Made by a program: the position numbers and the translations under genes | Part shown: positions 20,447-29,514 of the stretch, piece after piece | Position numbering within the stretch: position 1 is the stretch's first letter | Layout: every line of letters begins with the position of its first letter | Notes under the pieces: model-generated | The model's input: only the letters and a program-made list of their open reading frames with translations | Databases searched by the model: none | Told to the model about the DNA's origin: nothing | DNA from: Alkalispirochaeta sp. | GTDB taxonomy: Bacteria; Spirochaetota; Spirochaetia; DSM-27196; Alkalispirochaetaceae | Direction: 5' to 3' | NCBI GenBank assembly: GCA_965242725.1 | Contig: CBDESZ010000011.1 | Span: 1-63,140, forward strand | DNA length: 63,140 nucleotides

Positions 20447-21085
20447 TCAGCCGGAACTCAGGCATCTCAACAGCTCATCGCTCGAGATCAGTCGACCGTA
20501 TTTCATTCCGATACGTCGCAGGCTGCTGTCTAGAAATTCCCTGTCGAAATATCCAACGGCATCGGTAACCAGGAATACCTTGTATTGTCTGTCAAATGCA
20601 CCGGTGACCGTGTCGTCCACACAGAATGGCACTGCACATCCGAGGATAATCAAATGAGAAATCCCGCGCGCCCGGAGAATGCTTTCCAGGTTGGTCTCGT
20701 AAAAGCCGCCGTAGCTGTACTTCTCAACAATCTCTTCACCCTGGACCGGATATATTTCGTCGATTACGTCGTGACCTTCGGCTTCTCGCTGGATTTCCTC
20801 GTAATACCGCCGCTCGCCTTTCCAACACGCCCGCGTGTCGGGATGCAACGGTTTTGACCACGTCCATATCAGAGTTTCTTCCGGACCCGCGGTAAATTTA
20901 AGAAAGACAACAGGAACCGACGCCGTGCGGCATCCCTCAACTATCTTCCTGGCCTGGGGGATAACCTCGTTACAGCCGGGCAAATAAAAAGGAGCTCCCT
21001 TTCGTACAAAATCATTCTGCATGTCCACCACAATGAGAGCTGCCCGGGAACGGTCGAGATTGAAAGGACTACTTTTTTCACTCAT
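20447..21085 (-). CDS. Isochorismatase-family cysteine hydrolase
   Basis: VVDMQNDF, EKYSYGGF, PFCVDDT (D-K-C triad). Confidence 0.9.
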   Translation of the reverse strand: MSEKSSPFNLDRSRAALIVVDMQNDFVRKGAPFYLPGCNEVIPQARKIVEGCRTASVPVVFLKFTAGPEETLIWTWSKPLHPDTRACWKGERRYYEEIQREAEGHDVIDEIYPVQGEEIVEKYSYGGFYETNLESILRARGISHLIILGCAVPFCVDDTVTGAFDRQYKVFLVTDAVGYFDREFLDSSLRRIGMKYGRLISSDELLRCLSSG

Positions 21086-21174
21086 AGTTACCGTCCTTCA
21101 CATCTATATCCTACCCCCTTGCCGGGTATCCCTCTTTGCAGATTTGGAGAAGGAGGCTTTGCAAAATCGGCAGG

Positions 21175-22047
21175 TCACACAGGCGGGGGCGGTGGTTTGA
21201 TTGGTCTCCCGTCGTGGTCAAGCACCCATTGTCGGGGAGTTCGTCCGCAGAGTTTCTTGAACGTACGGTAAAACGTAGAGAGATCCTCAAAACCGCTTGA
21301 GAATGCCGCGCCGACTATGGAGGATTGTCCGGAGGCCAATAACTTGCACGCGTGCCTGATGCGTCTCTTCTGCAGCCACGGAACAAAGGTCATCCCCGTA
21401 ATCTCTCGAAACAACTCGGAGAAACGACGAACCGATAGTGCACTTTCCCTCGCAGCTTGCTGTACCGACCAGTGTTCATATATCCGGCTTTCGATTTCGG
21501 CTATTACCGAGCGTATGCGCGATGATGCGGTCTGCCCCGTTTCCGTGGTCAGGAGATCATGGATAGCCAGGAGGGTCTCATCGACCTGCGCAAACAGGGC
21601 AAGGCGATTTCTCGGCAGCTCTGCGAGTTGCTGGAGACTCATAAGTTTTCGCCAGTGATGATTCAGGTCATCGATTTCGTGTTTAGTCTGCGGTTGGACA
21701 ACCCAGGGGCAGTTGGCCACGATACTCTCCCAGACGGAACGTCGGTCAATTGAAGAGGAAAGAAAGGTCTGCGACAGACAGAGAAGAAGAATCGTCGAGC
21801 CAGTCTCATCCCGAACCTGGTGTCTGATGTTCGCCGGAACGCAACTGTATGCACCTTCCGAAACGGTAAGACGTTCTCCCGAGTCTCCCAGAACCAGGTC
21901 AATCCGGCCACGAACTACGTGAAATATTTCATTGTACGGATCCAGACTCGGGACCATGTGAAATTCGGGACTATGAAGGCTTTCGGTCACGAGAACACCG
22001 GAAGACGGCAGCACGATTCGGACCGGTGATGATGACGACACCAACAA
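21175..22047 (-). CDS. AraC family transcriptional regulator
   Basis: Cupin N-terminus; SVRRFSELF..TG, GFEDLSTFYRTFKK..G.TP. Confidence 0.92.
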   Translation of the reverse strand: MLVSSSSPVRIVLPSSGVLVTESLHSPEFHMVPSLDPYNEIFHVVRGRIDLVLGDSGERLTVSEGAYSCVPANIRHQVRDETGSTILLLCLSQTFLSSSIDRRSVWESIVANCPWVVQPQTKHEIDDLNHHWRKLMSLQQLAELPRNRLALFAQVDETLLAIHDLLTTETGQTASSRIRSVIAEIESRIYEHWSVQQAARESALSVRRFSELFREITGMTFVPWLQKRRIRHACKLLASGQSSIVGAAFSSGFEDLSTFYRTFKKLCGRTPRQWVLDHDGRPIKPPPPPV

Positions 22048-22179
22048 CCTCCTTTTTCTGCCAAAATCACTATAGTATAACTGTGAACCGCCATCGGTTT
22101 CACGGGTATATGAAAATTAGAGAGGATGGTACTACCGGGACGGCCCGCGGGACGGGGTGTACATGCGCTGATCGGCGGA

Positions 22180-23370
22180 TCACCGTCCGGGAAGCACGTA
22201 CGTTTTCAGGGGAGGAAAGCCGTTGAAGCTCACCGAGCTGTAGCTGTAGGTATAGGCGCCGGTGGTGAAGACGTAGACGCGATCACCCGTGGCGAGGGTG
22301 TCGGGCAATTCGTACTTGTAGTCCTGGTAGAGGACGTCCATGCTGTCGCAGGTCGGGCCGGCGAGTATCACGGGCTGCGCGATTCCCGTGCGCTCGGTGT
22401 ATATGGGGTACTTGATGAGCTCTCCCATCGTCTCAAGCATTCCGCCGAAGAGTCCGACGTCCAGATAGACCCACCGAAAGGGCGACACCTCGGACTTGCG
22501 GGAGGTCATCACCACCTCCGAGACGATCACCCCCGCATCGCCGACGATGGCGCGGCCTGGTTCGACGATGATCTGCGGCACCTCGTTCCCGAAACTGGAC
22601 CGGAGGTATTCGGCGATGGCCCGGGCGTACACCTCGATGTCGGGGGTGGGCTCGAGATAGTTGGCAGGGAATCCCCCTCCGAGATTGATCAACCCGAGGT
22701 TGATGGCGTGGTCGCGTTTCAGCGTCTCAAAGAGGTATGCGCATTTGGAGATCGCGTCGCCCCACTGGCCGATATCGCGTTGCTGGGAGCCGACGTGAAA
22801 GGAGAGCCCCCAGGGTGTCAGACCAAGGTCGCGCGCGAGAAGCGCGAGGCCCACCGTCACTTCAAGATGGGATCCAAACTTTCGTGAGAGCGGCCAGTCC
22901 GCCCCTTTGCCTTCAGTCAGCAGTCTGAAGCACACGCGGCAGCCCGGCGCACTCGCAGCCAGTTTGCGGAGATCCTCCTCGCAGTCGGTAACGTACAGGT
23001 CGACGCCGCGGTCGTGGAAATAGGCGACGTCGCGCTCCTTCTTGATCGTATTGCCGTAACTGATTCTCGCGGCGGGTACTCCCAGTGACAGGACCTGGTC
23101 GAGCTCGTACGGCGTTGCCACGTCGAAACTGGACCCGAGCTCTTTCAGGAGCAGAAGCACCTGGTCCATTGGATTGGCCTTGACCGCATAGTGCACCGTG
23201 GCAAAGGGCAGCCGGGACCTGAAGGTGTTGAACGCACGCTCCACAACTTCGAGATCCACGACGAGGAACGGCGTCTCGAGATTGGCAGAGAATGTCGCGA
23301 TTCGCCTCAGGCGCTCGGCCGGCATGAATCGCTCTACCGGGAAACTATACTGCTTAAGGACCTCGTTCAT
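22180..23370 (-). CDS. Fold-type III PLP ornithine/lysine decarboxylase
   Basis: HYAVKANP, FDVA, LSRKFG, SFHVGSQ, EPGR, GPTCDS, GAYT. Confidence 0.92.
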   Translation of the reverse strand: MNEVLKQYSFPVERFMPAERLRRIATFSANLETPFLVVDLEVVERAFNTFRSRLPFATVHYAVKANPMDQVLLLLKELGSSFDVATPYELDQVLSLGVPAARISYGNTIKKERDVAYFHDRGVDLYVTDCEEDLRKLAASAPGCRVCFRLLTEGKGADWPLSRKFGSHLEVTVGLALLARDLGLTPWGLSFHVGSQQRDIGQWGDAISKCAYLFETLKRDHAINLGLINLGGGFPANYLEPTPDIEVYARAIAEYLRSSFGNEVPQIIVEPGRAIVGDAGVIVSEVVMTSRKSEVSPFRWVYLDVGLFGGMLETMGELIKYPIYTERTGIAQPVILAGPTCDSMDVLYQDYKYELPDTLATGDRVYVFTTGAYTYSYSSVSFNGFPPLKTYVLPGR

Positions 23371-23485
23371 GTACGCGGTCGTCCGGTGCGGCACCGGACT
23401 GTCCACCACAAAATTTATACAGCGGATCGTGCAAAATCAAGCGGCGTCGATCCCGCCTTCACTAGCCCCGAGACGATACAACCCG

Positions 23486-24463
23486 CTATCGTTCTGCCTT
23501 CTTACCTACCGCGACGGCGAGGATGATAATGATTCCCCGAATGATCATCTGCTGGCTTACCGTGAGACCAGCTATAATGAGCCCGTTGTTTATCACCCCC
23601 ATGAGAAGTGATCCCATAATGGCGCCTACTACCGAGCCGGCTCCGCCGGAGAGCGAAGTGCCTCCAATGATAACCGCCGCAATTACCGAGAGCTCGTCCC
23701 CTTCTCCAAAAGTGAACCGGCCCGCCTGCATGCGCCCGGCGTAGAGAATCCCGGCGAGACTCGCGGCAATTCCAGAGATCGTGATCACCAGGAGTTTGAT
23801 ATTTCTGGTATTTACACCTGTATACGTAGCAGCCTGCTCGTTACCTCCGGTCGCGAGTACTCGTTTGCCGTAGGGTGTATGATTTAGCGTGTAATGGCCG
23901 ATCGCACCGATCACGATAGTCCAGAACAGGAGAATCGGTACGCCGAGGATATCACCCGAACCAAAGATGAAGTTGAAGCCTGGACTCAGGATCGGCACCG
24001 CAGCAGTGTTGGTGATCCACATGGCAAAACCCCGAGCGATGCTCATCATGCCGAGAGTGACAAGGAACGACGGTATACGTAAGCGAGTTATTATTAAGCC
24101 ATTGGTGCCGCCTACGATTGTGCCGACACCGAGACCGACAATCAGGCTCACCAGAATGCTGCCGGTCGCGTTGACCGTGAGGGCGGTGACAAGGGCGGCC
24201 ACAGCCGTGGTCGAGCCCACCGAGAGATCGATCTGCCCCGTTGCGATCACAAAGGTCATTGCAACCGCCATGATCGAAATCATCGCGGTCTGGCGGGCGA
24301 TGTTGAGGACGTTTGGAAGAGTCGAAAACCCCCGCTCCCGCAGTACGACCGCGAAGAAGATGAACACGACAACAAAGGCAACGTAGACGATGTACTTCTG
24401 CCAGTCGAACTGACGCAGGATTGTTCTGAACCCGACTGTGTCAGGCTTCGTGCTGGATTTCAT
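23486..24463 (-). CDS. Monosaccharide ABC permease (RbsC-like)
   Basis: GQIDLSVGS, IPSFLVTLG, GGNEQAA, ELSVIAAVIIGGTSLSGG. Confidence 0.93.
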   Translation of the reverse strand: MKSSTKPDTVGFRTILRQFDWQKYIVYVAFVVVFIFFAVVLRERGFSTLPNVLNIARQTAMISIMAVAMTFVIATGQIDLSVGSTTAVAALVTALTVNATGSILVSLIVGLGVGTIVGGTNGLIITRLRIPSFLVTLGMMSIARGFAMWITNTAAVPILSPGFNFIFGSGDILGVPILLFWTIVIGAIGHYTLNHTPYGKRVLATGGNEQAATYTGVNTRNIKLLVITISGIAASLAGILYAGRMQAGRFTFGEGDELSVIAAVIIGGTSLSGGAGSVVGAIMGSLLMGVINNGLIIAGLTVSQQMIIRGIIIILAVAVGKKAER

Positions 24464-25937
24464 GTTGTATCCTTTCCTCATCCAGATCTTCGGTGTTTCG
24501 GATAACCTTGGTGATACGACCGTTATGCATAACGAGTATGCGGTCGCACATCGCGATAAGTTCGGGGATCTCTGAGCTTACAACAAGCACGCCATGACCC
24601 GCGTCCGAATAGGCGCGAATGAACTCCAATACCTGAACCTTTGCCCCGATGTCTACTCCGGCTGTCGGTTCGTCAAGCAGCAGGAGTTCCGGTTCTCGGG
24701 TGAGCCATTTCGCGATTACCACTTTCTGCTGATTCCCGCCGGAAAGCAACGAAATTTTCCTGTCGATACCCTCTGTCTTTACGTTGTAGCGACTTATCGC
24801 CTCTCGAGTAAATCTCCGGGCAGCGCGATGCACGACCTTACCCATCCGTGTGAAGCGACTGATGTTGGGTAACGTCAGGTTTTCAAGTACCGAGTGACGG
24901 AGCACGAGACCCTTGAGTCTACGGTCGTCCGGAACGAGGGCAATACCGGCTTCCATTGCATCGGCAACGGATCCGATTGTCCTGTCGACACCATTGATGG
25001 TCACACTGTTAGTGCCAGGCGTGAGTCCGAAGAGCGTCTCCAGTATCTCAGTCCGGCCACTCCCCATGAGTCCGGCAATGCCAACGACCTCTCCGCGGTG
25101 CACTGTTATATCTGCCGGTTCTACGGGGACCGGGGTATCGACCTGGAGCCCCGTAACCGAAAAGAGAACCTCGGGATTGGTGTCCCGATGCCGGTAGCGA
25201 TATCCCTCCCCCGCTTCCCGGCCGATCATGTCGGTTATGACCTGCCTGATATCGGTCTCACCGGCGGCGCGTGTTGATACTATCTTGCCGTCCTTGAGGA
25301 CGGTAATACTGTCTGCGATCCGGAATATCTCTCCCATGCGGTGTGAGATATATACGATGGAAACGCCGTTTTCCTTGAGCCTGCGGATCAATTCAAACAA
25401 CGTGTAGGTCTCCTTATCCGAGAGGGACGCGGTCGGCTCATCCATAATCAGTATTCGCGCGTTTGTTGCGAGAGCTTTCGCGATCTCGACGAGCTGGGAA
25501 TCCCCGACCGTCAGATGCGAAACCTTCTCGTCCGGAGAGAGTTTGAGACCCAGAGACTCCAGTAGCTTGCTGGCACGTCGACGTTGCTCGCGGTCATCCA
25601 CGTGAATACCGCCACGGGTAAGTTCACAGCTCAGGAAAATATTCTCCGCTATCGTCATGGTCGGAATGAGACTGAGCTCCTGGAATATCATTCCGATCCC
25701 CGCCTCCCGAGCGTCTCCAAATCCTTTGAAATGGACCGCCTCGCCATGAACCCGCACTTCGCCGCCGTCGATGGTGTAGACCCCGGTGAGAATCTTCATC
25801 AAGGTCGACTTGCCCGCTCCATTGCCGCCCACGAGGGCTCGGACCTCACCTTCCTCCAGGGAAAAGTCGACGTCCTCGAGAACGGTTACGCCGCTGAACT
25901 GCTTAAACACCCCCGACATGTAAACAGCTTGTTTCAT
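24441..25937 (-). CDS. Monosaccharide ABC ATP-binding protein (RbsA-like, tandem NBD)
   Basis: GGNGAGKST, MDEPTASL, LSGGNQQKV, LDEPTAGVDIGAK. Confidence 0.94.
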   Translation of the reverse strand: MKQAVYMSGVFKQFSGVTVLEDVDFSLEEGEVRALVGGNGAGKSTLMKILTGVYTIDGGEVRVHGEAVHFKGFGDAREAGIGMIFQELSLIPTMTIAENIFLSCELTRGGIHVDDREQRRRASKLLESLGLKLSPDEKVSHLTVGDSQLVEIAKALATNARILIMDEPTASLSDKETYTLFELIRRLKENGVSIVYISHRMGEIFRIADSITVLKDGKIVSTRAAGETDIRQVITDMIGREAGEGYRYRHRDTNPEVLFSVTGLQVDTPVPVEPADITVHRGEVVGIAGLMGSGRTEILETLFGLTPGTNSVTINGVDRTIGSVADAMEAGIALVPDDRRLKGLVLRHSVLENLTLPNISRFTRMGKVVHRAARRFTREAISRYNVKTEGIDRKISLLSGGNQQKVVIAKWLTREPELLLLDEPTAGVDIGAKVQVLEFIRAYSDAGHGVLVVSSEIPELIAMCDRILVMHNGRITKVIRNTEDLDEERIQHEIQHEA

Positions 25938-25955
25938 ATGCTGCCTTCCGGAATA

Positions 25956-25988
25956 CCGGCGGGCGCGGGTTGAACCCGCGCCACCGGC
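25956..25988 (-). terminator. Stem-loop between the dehydrogenase and ATPase genes
   Basis: CCGG..GGCGCGGGTT-G-AACCCGCGCC..CCGG. Confidence 0.45.
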
Positions 25989-26001
25989 GTATCCGGCGTG
26001 C

Positions 26002-27168
26002 CTAGACGGCCACCCAGGATGCTTCGTCGTTCAGGCGCGTCACCGCGTCACAAATGCGCGCGATCGCATAGCCGTCCTCAAAGTTGGGGGACGGTTCGCT
26101 ATCTTCGACGATTGCCTTCATGAAATCGTGGCACTCCACGATCTTGGTGTCCGAGTAGCCGATCCCAAGAGCAGGGATGGGCCAGAGCGCATGGCCTTCG
26201 GGATGCGCAGCGCCGGTATAGATCGTTCGGAAACCACGACGGTCCCCGGGATCATCGGCATAGCACACCTGAAGCTCGTCTCGCCGCTCGTAGTTAAACG
26301 CTATGCTTCCCTTCTCTCCATGGATCTCGAGGGTAATGTAGTTGTTTCTGCCCCAGGCGTTCCGGGTCGCCTCGATACTTCCCACCGCTCCCGAAGCGAA
26401 CTTGCAGAGGAAAGACGCCTCGTCATCCACGTCCACCTTGCCGAGTCGCGTCCGGTCCTGAACTTGCACGGTACCGAGTTTGTCAGTGCCCCCGCTTTGT
26501 AGCGGCCGCTCGTGGATGTAGGTCTTCAGAAAGCCCGTCACGTGGGTTATATCACCCGCAAGGAAGCGGGCAATGTCTATCACGTGCGTCGCTATGTCTC
26601 CCAGCGCCCCGGACCCGGCCACGTCTTTCCTGAACCTCCACGAAAGCGGAGACGACGGAGAGGCAGACCAATCCTGGAGATAGGTGGCCCGGAAGTTCCG
26701 GATGGCGCCGATCTCTCCCTTTTCGATAATCTCCTTTGCGAGGAGAATCGCCGGAGTACGTCGATAGTTAAAGGCGAGCATGTGCTTCTTCCCGCTCGCC
26801 GCCGCCGCCTCGTGCATCGTTTTAGCTTCGTCCGCCGTTCGTGCGATCGGCTTTTCCGAGAACACGTGTTTACCCTGGCGGAACGCTTCTACAGCAATCG
26901 CGAGATGGAGATCGTTCGGCGTCGAGATATCGACAATGTCTATGTCCGGGTCGCCAACGGCAGCTTTCCAGTCGGTTCCGTAACGGCGGAACCCAAAGCG
27001 GGAAGCCGCGTCCCTTGCCGTACTCTCATCCACATCGACCAGCAACTCTCGGACGGGCATTGCCGGCGCGGGCCAATAGCACATGGGCATTGTGGCATAC
27101 GCCATTGAGTGCGCCTTGCCCATGAAACCTGCGCCGATCAGGGCGATCTTCAATTCTCTCATATTCAT
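26002..27168 (-). CDS. lgdA: Gfo/Idh/MocA oxidoreductase, probable levoglucosan dehydrogenase
   Basis: GFMGKAHS.AY..MPM.YWPAPA, PLSWRF, ERPLQSGG, EATRNA.GRNNYIT, FNYERRDELQV, RRGFRT.YTG.AHP, LWPIPALGIGY..TKI match the characterised LGDH sequence as I recall it. Confidence 0.85.
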   Translation of the reverse strand: MNMRELKIALIGAGFMGKAHSMAYATMPMCYWPAPAMPVRELLVDVDESTARDAASRFGFRRYGTDWKAAVGDPDIDIVDISTPNDLHLAIAVEAFRQGKHVFSEKPIARTADEAKTMHEAAAASGKKHMLAFNYRRTPAILLAKEIIEKGEIGAIRNFRATYLQDWSASPSSPLSWRFRKDVAGSGALGDIATHVIDIARFLAGDITHVTGFLKTYIHERPLQSGGTDKLGTVQVQDRTRLGKVDVDDEASFLCKFASGAVGSIEATRNAWGRNNYITLEIHGEKGSIAFNYERRDELQVCYADDPGDRRGFRTIYTGAAHPEGHALWPIPALGIGYSDTKIVECHDFMKAIVEDSEPSPNFEDGYAIARICDAVTRLNDEASWVAV

Positions 27169-27188
27169 TTCTCCCGTTGCTAGGTGCA

Positions 27189-28325
27189 TCAGTCCTTATA
27201 CGCTTCCCGCACGACGTCGGGCGCTTCCACGCTGTAAACCTCGATATAGGCGTCGAGCACATTCTGGTGCGTTACCGCCAGGGCCGGCACGGCCACATAG
27301 TCCGGCGCCTCTTTGCCAAGAAGAGCGTAGGCGGCGAGGATCGCTTCAGAAACACCCTGGTGATAGGGAAGCTGTGCTCCCAGCCCCTTGATGAGACCCT
27401 GAGCCGCGATTTCCCGGGCTGCGTTGTTGCCCAGGTCAATGGTCGTGATCACCAGATCATTTCGTCCGGCGTTGCGCGCCGAAGCGACCACAGATTCTGC
27501 GGGGACGTCCCAGACCGCAAAGATGCCGTCAATATCCGGATAGCGAGTCAGCATGGCGTCGGCAACCTCGCTCACCCGATTGGGATCGTTGAATCCGGCA
27601 CGGTCCACAATCGTGATACCGGGATACTCAGATGCAATCGTGGCCTCGAAAGCCTCCACTCGTTGGTTGGTCACGAAGAAATCCGCGTCAAAGTACACCA
27701 CACCTATGTTACCGCGCCCGCCAAGCTCCTCCGCCATGATGTGAGCAGCCGCCACGCCGTTACCGTAGTTGTCCGCGGAGACTACGCTCACGTAGTCTTT
27801 GCCGGGGCTCATGCCTGCGGCTACATTGTCCATAAAGACGATATGGACACCCGCATTTGCCGCACGACGGAACGCCGGGGCCGTAGACACCGGATCGACC
27901 GGGATACTGATGATAATGTCGGGAGAAAGCGCCATAATTGTCTCGATATCGGAAACCTGTTTCTCAGCGGAAAACTGCGCGTCCGTCACTGCGCGCACAT
28001 TGATGTTTAGTCGCGCAAACGTGTCCTCCAGACCTCGTAGTTGGGCGGAGGACCAGTCGTTCCCGGCGTAGTGAAAGGCGATCGCCGCTGTAGCATTCAT
28101 CTCCTGTACCTGAGCAACCTCGGTCGCGGTAAGACTGAGCTCCGAAGCAGGCGTTGCCTCTTCGCCGTTCGGACCGGTGCTCTGTATCTCCCCCACCGTT
28201 CGAACCTCTACCGAGATTGCCTCCGCCGGTGCGATCGGGACTTCCTCCTGGGCGCCACCGGCAAATGCGAAAGCCAGGCCGAACAACGTCAGCATCGTTA
28301 CGATTACCAATAACCTTGTGTTCAT
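27189..28325 (-). CDS. Sugar ABC substrate-binding protein
   Basis: Signal FAGGAQEE; STGPNGE.A, HYAGNDWS.AQ, VSADNYGNG, GIFAVWDVPA. Confidence 0.9.
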   Translation of the reverse strand: MNTRLLVIVTMLTLFGLAFAFAGGAQEEVPIAPAEAISVEVRTVGEIQSTGPNGEEATPASELSLTATEVAQVQEMNATAAIAFHYAGNDWSSAQLRGLEDTFARLNINVRAVTDAQFSAEKQVSDIETIMALSPDIIISIPVDPVSTAPAFRRAANAGVHIVFMDNVAAGMSPGKDYVSVVSADNYGNGVAAAHIMAEELGGRGNIGVVYFDADFFVTNQRVEAFEATIASEYPGITIVDRAGFNDPNRVSEVADAMLTRYPDIDGIFAVWDVPAESVVASARNAGRNDLVITTIDLGNNAAREIAAQGLIKGLGAQLPYHQGVSEAILAAYALLGKEAPDYVAVPALAVTHQNVLDAYIEVYSVEAPDVVREAYKD

Positions 28326-28369
28326 AAGAACCTCCTTACTATTCTTTGCCGCCATGCGGCCGAGTGCCG

Positions 28370-29179
28370 TTATTGAACGAGCTTGCGCACCTGGGTGTAC
28401 GCCTTTATGACACCCAGCTCGGGTTGGCCCGAGTACCCGTCGATTTCCACTGCGAGATCGCGGTGCTTTCCGTCGGACCCGAGCACCTCCAGGAGTGCCG
28501 GAAAGTCGATCTCACCATCGCCGGGCGGACAGAAGCGCCCTTCCGCAACGTCCTTGAGATGGACGTAGGGGACCCGATCCAGATGTCGCCGAACCACGTC
28601 GACTACATCGCTTCCGCCCGCATGGATGTGGCCGGTATCAGGACAGAGTTTTATACGCGAGTTCTCCATGATTGCATCGATCTCGTCCGATGTCTCAACG
28701 ATTGACCCCAGATGCGGATGGTAGAGCGCCGTAAGCCCATGATCCGTGGCAATTCGATCAGCCTCGTCGAGGACGGAAGCCATTTTGGAAATAAGTTGGA
28801 TTCGATCTGTCTCCATCACGGCGCCCCCGCCTATAACCAGGTACGTCGCACCGTGGGTACTAGCGACCTGGCATACCGTTTCGATCTTTTTCAGGTCCTC
28901 GGACACCACCTCCGAAAAGACAAAGGTTCCGCCGGTGTAGACCGCGCCCAGGGTGATATCGTGCGCGTCAAGCAGATCGGAGAGTTCTTGCGGCTTGTTA
29001 CGGTATTCCATAACCGTTCCATCAAACATTTCGAGATAGTCATAACCGGCTGCCTTTGCAAACGCCACCACCGACGGCAGGTCGCAGGGGGTCAGGTAAT
29101 AGGACTCCCGTACAGACGTCGCGGCTGCCGGATGTGCCACTACGTCGCCCCACACATTGATCATCAGTCCCAGTTTCAT
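28370..29179 (-). CDS. Sugar phosphate isomerase/epimerase TIM-barrel (LgdB-like 3-keto-glycoside lyase/hydratase)
   Basis: WG.VV.HP...TSV, EMFDG, YHPHLG, CPDTGH, HLKD; first gene of the lgdA operon. Confidence 0.75.
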   Translation of the reverse strand: MKLGLMINVWGDVVAHPAAATSVRESYYLTPCDLPSVVAFAKAAGYDYLEMFDGTVMEYRNKPQELSDLLDAHDITLGAVYTGGTFVFSEVVSEDLKKIETVCQVASTHGATYLVIGGGAVMETDRIQLISKMASVLDEADRIATDHGLTALYHPHLGSIVETSDEIDAIMENSRIKLCPDTGHIHAGGSDVVDVVRRHLDRVPYVHLKDVAEGRFCPPGDGEIDFPALLEVLGSDGKHRDLAVEIDGYSGQPELGVIKAYTQVRKLVQ

Positions 29180-29242
29180 AGAATCCTCCCCGGTTTGATC
29201 GTCGCGCCACCATGCCAGGTGAACCGGCGCCAGTTACCTATT

Positions 29243-29259
29243 AGCGACTACCGTGCCAA
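29243..29259 (-). promoter_or_regulatory. Sigma-54 (-24/-12) promoter of the sugar operon
   Basis: Minus strand TTGGCACGGTAGTCGCT (GG-N10-GC), ~65 bp upstream of ATG 29179, next to a sigma54 activator gene. Confidence 0.8.
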
Positions 29260-29444
29260 GTTCAATGAAATTCGCGGACTCTGGTGTCATACCGCACCTG
29301 CATGCTTTACAACGAACTGGATAAGTAGTTATCTCAAAACTAATTACCTGCAATGACGATCTATGGGGATTTATCAACATGGCGAGACATCGTGGTGCAA
29401 ACAAGGCCGCCGTACACGGTGCAGAATGAGCGGTTCCGTCTGAA

Positions 29445-29465
29445 AGTGTCCAGTTTTCGGACACT
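29445..29465. promoter_or_regulatory. Palindromic putative enhancer (UAS) for the NtrC-type regulator
   Basis: AGTGTCC-N7-GGACACT perfect arms, ~190 bp upstream of the sigma54 promoter. Confidence 0.6.
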
Positions 29466-29471
29466 CGCCGG

Positions 29472-29499
29472 TTGACAACTGATCGATCTGAGATATCAT
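29472..29499 (+). promoter_or_regulatory. Sigma70-type promoter of the regulator/kinase pair
   Basis: TTGACA-16-TATCAT. Confidence 0.6.
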
Positions 29500-29514
29500 C
29501 GTTGGACATTATGG

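Noticed and set aside
22180..23370. Eukaryote-like ornithine decarboxylase as an HGT novelty
   Set aside because: Fold III Lys/Orn decarboxylases are already known in many bacteria
26002..29179. myo-inositol operon (iolG/iolE)
   Set aside because: The dehydrogenase has LGDH-specific blocks and iolB/C/D are absent
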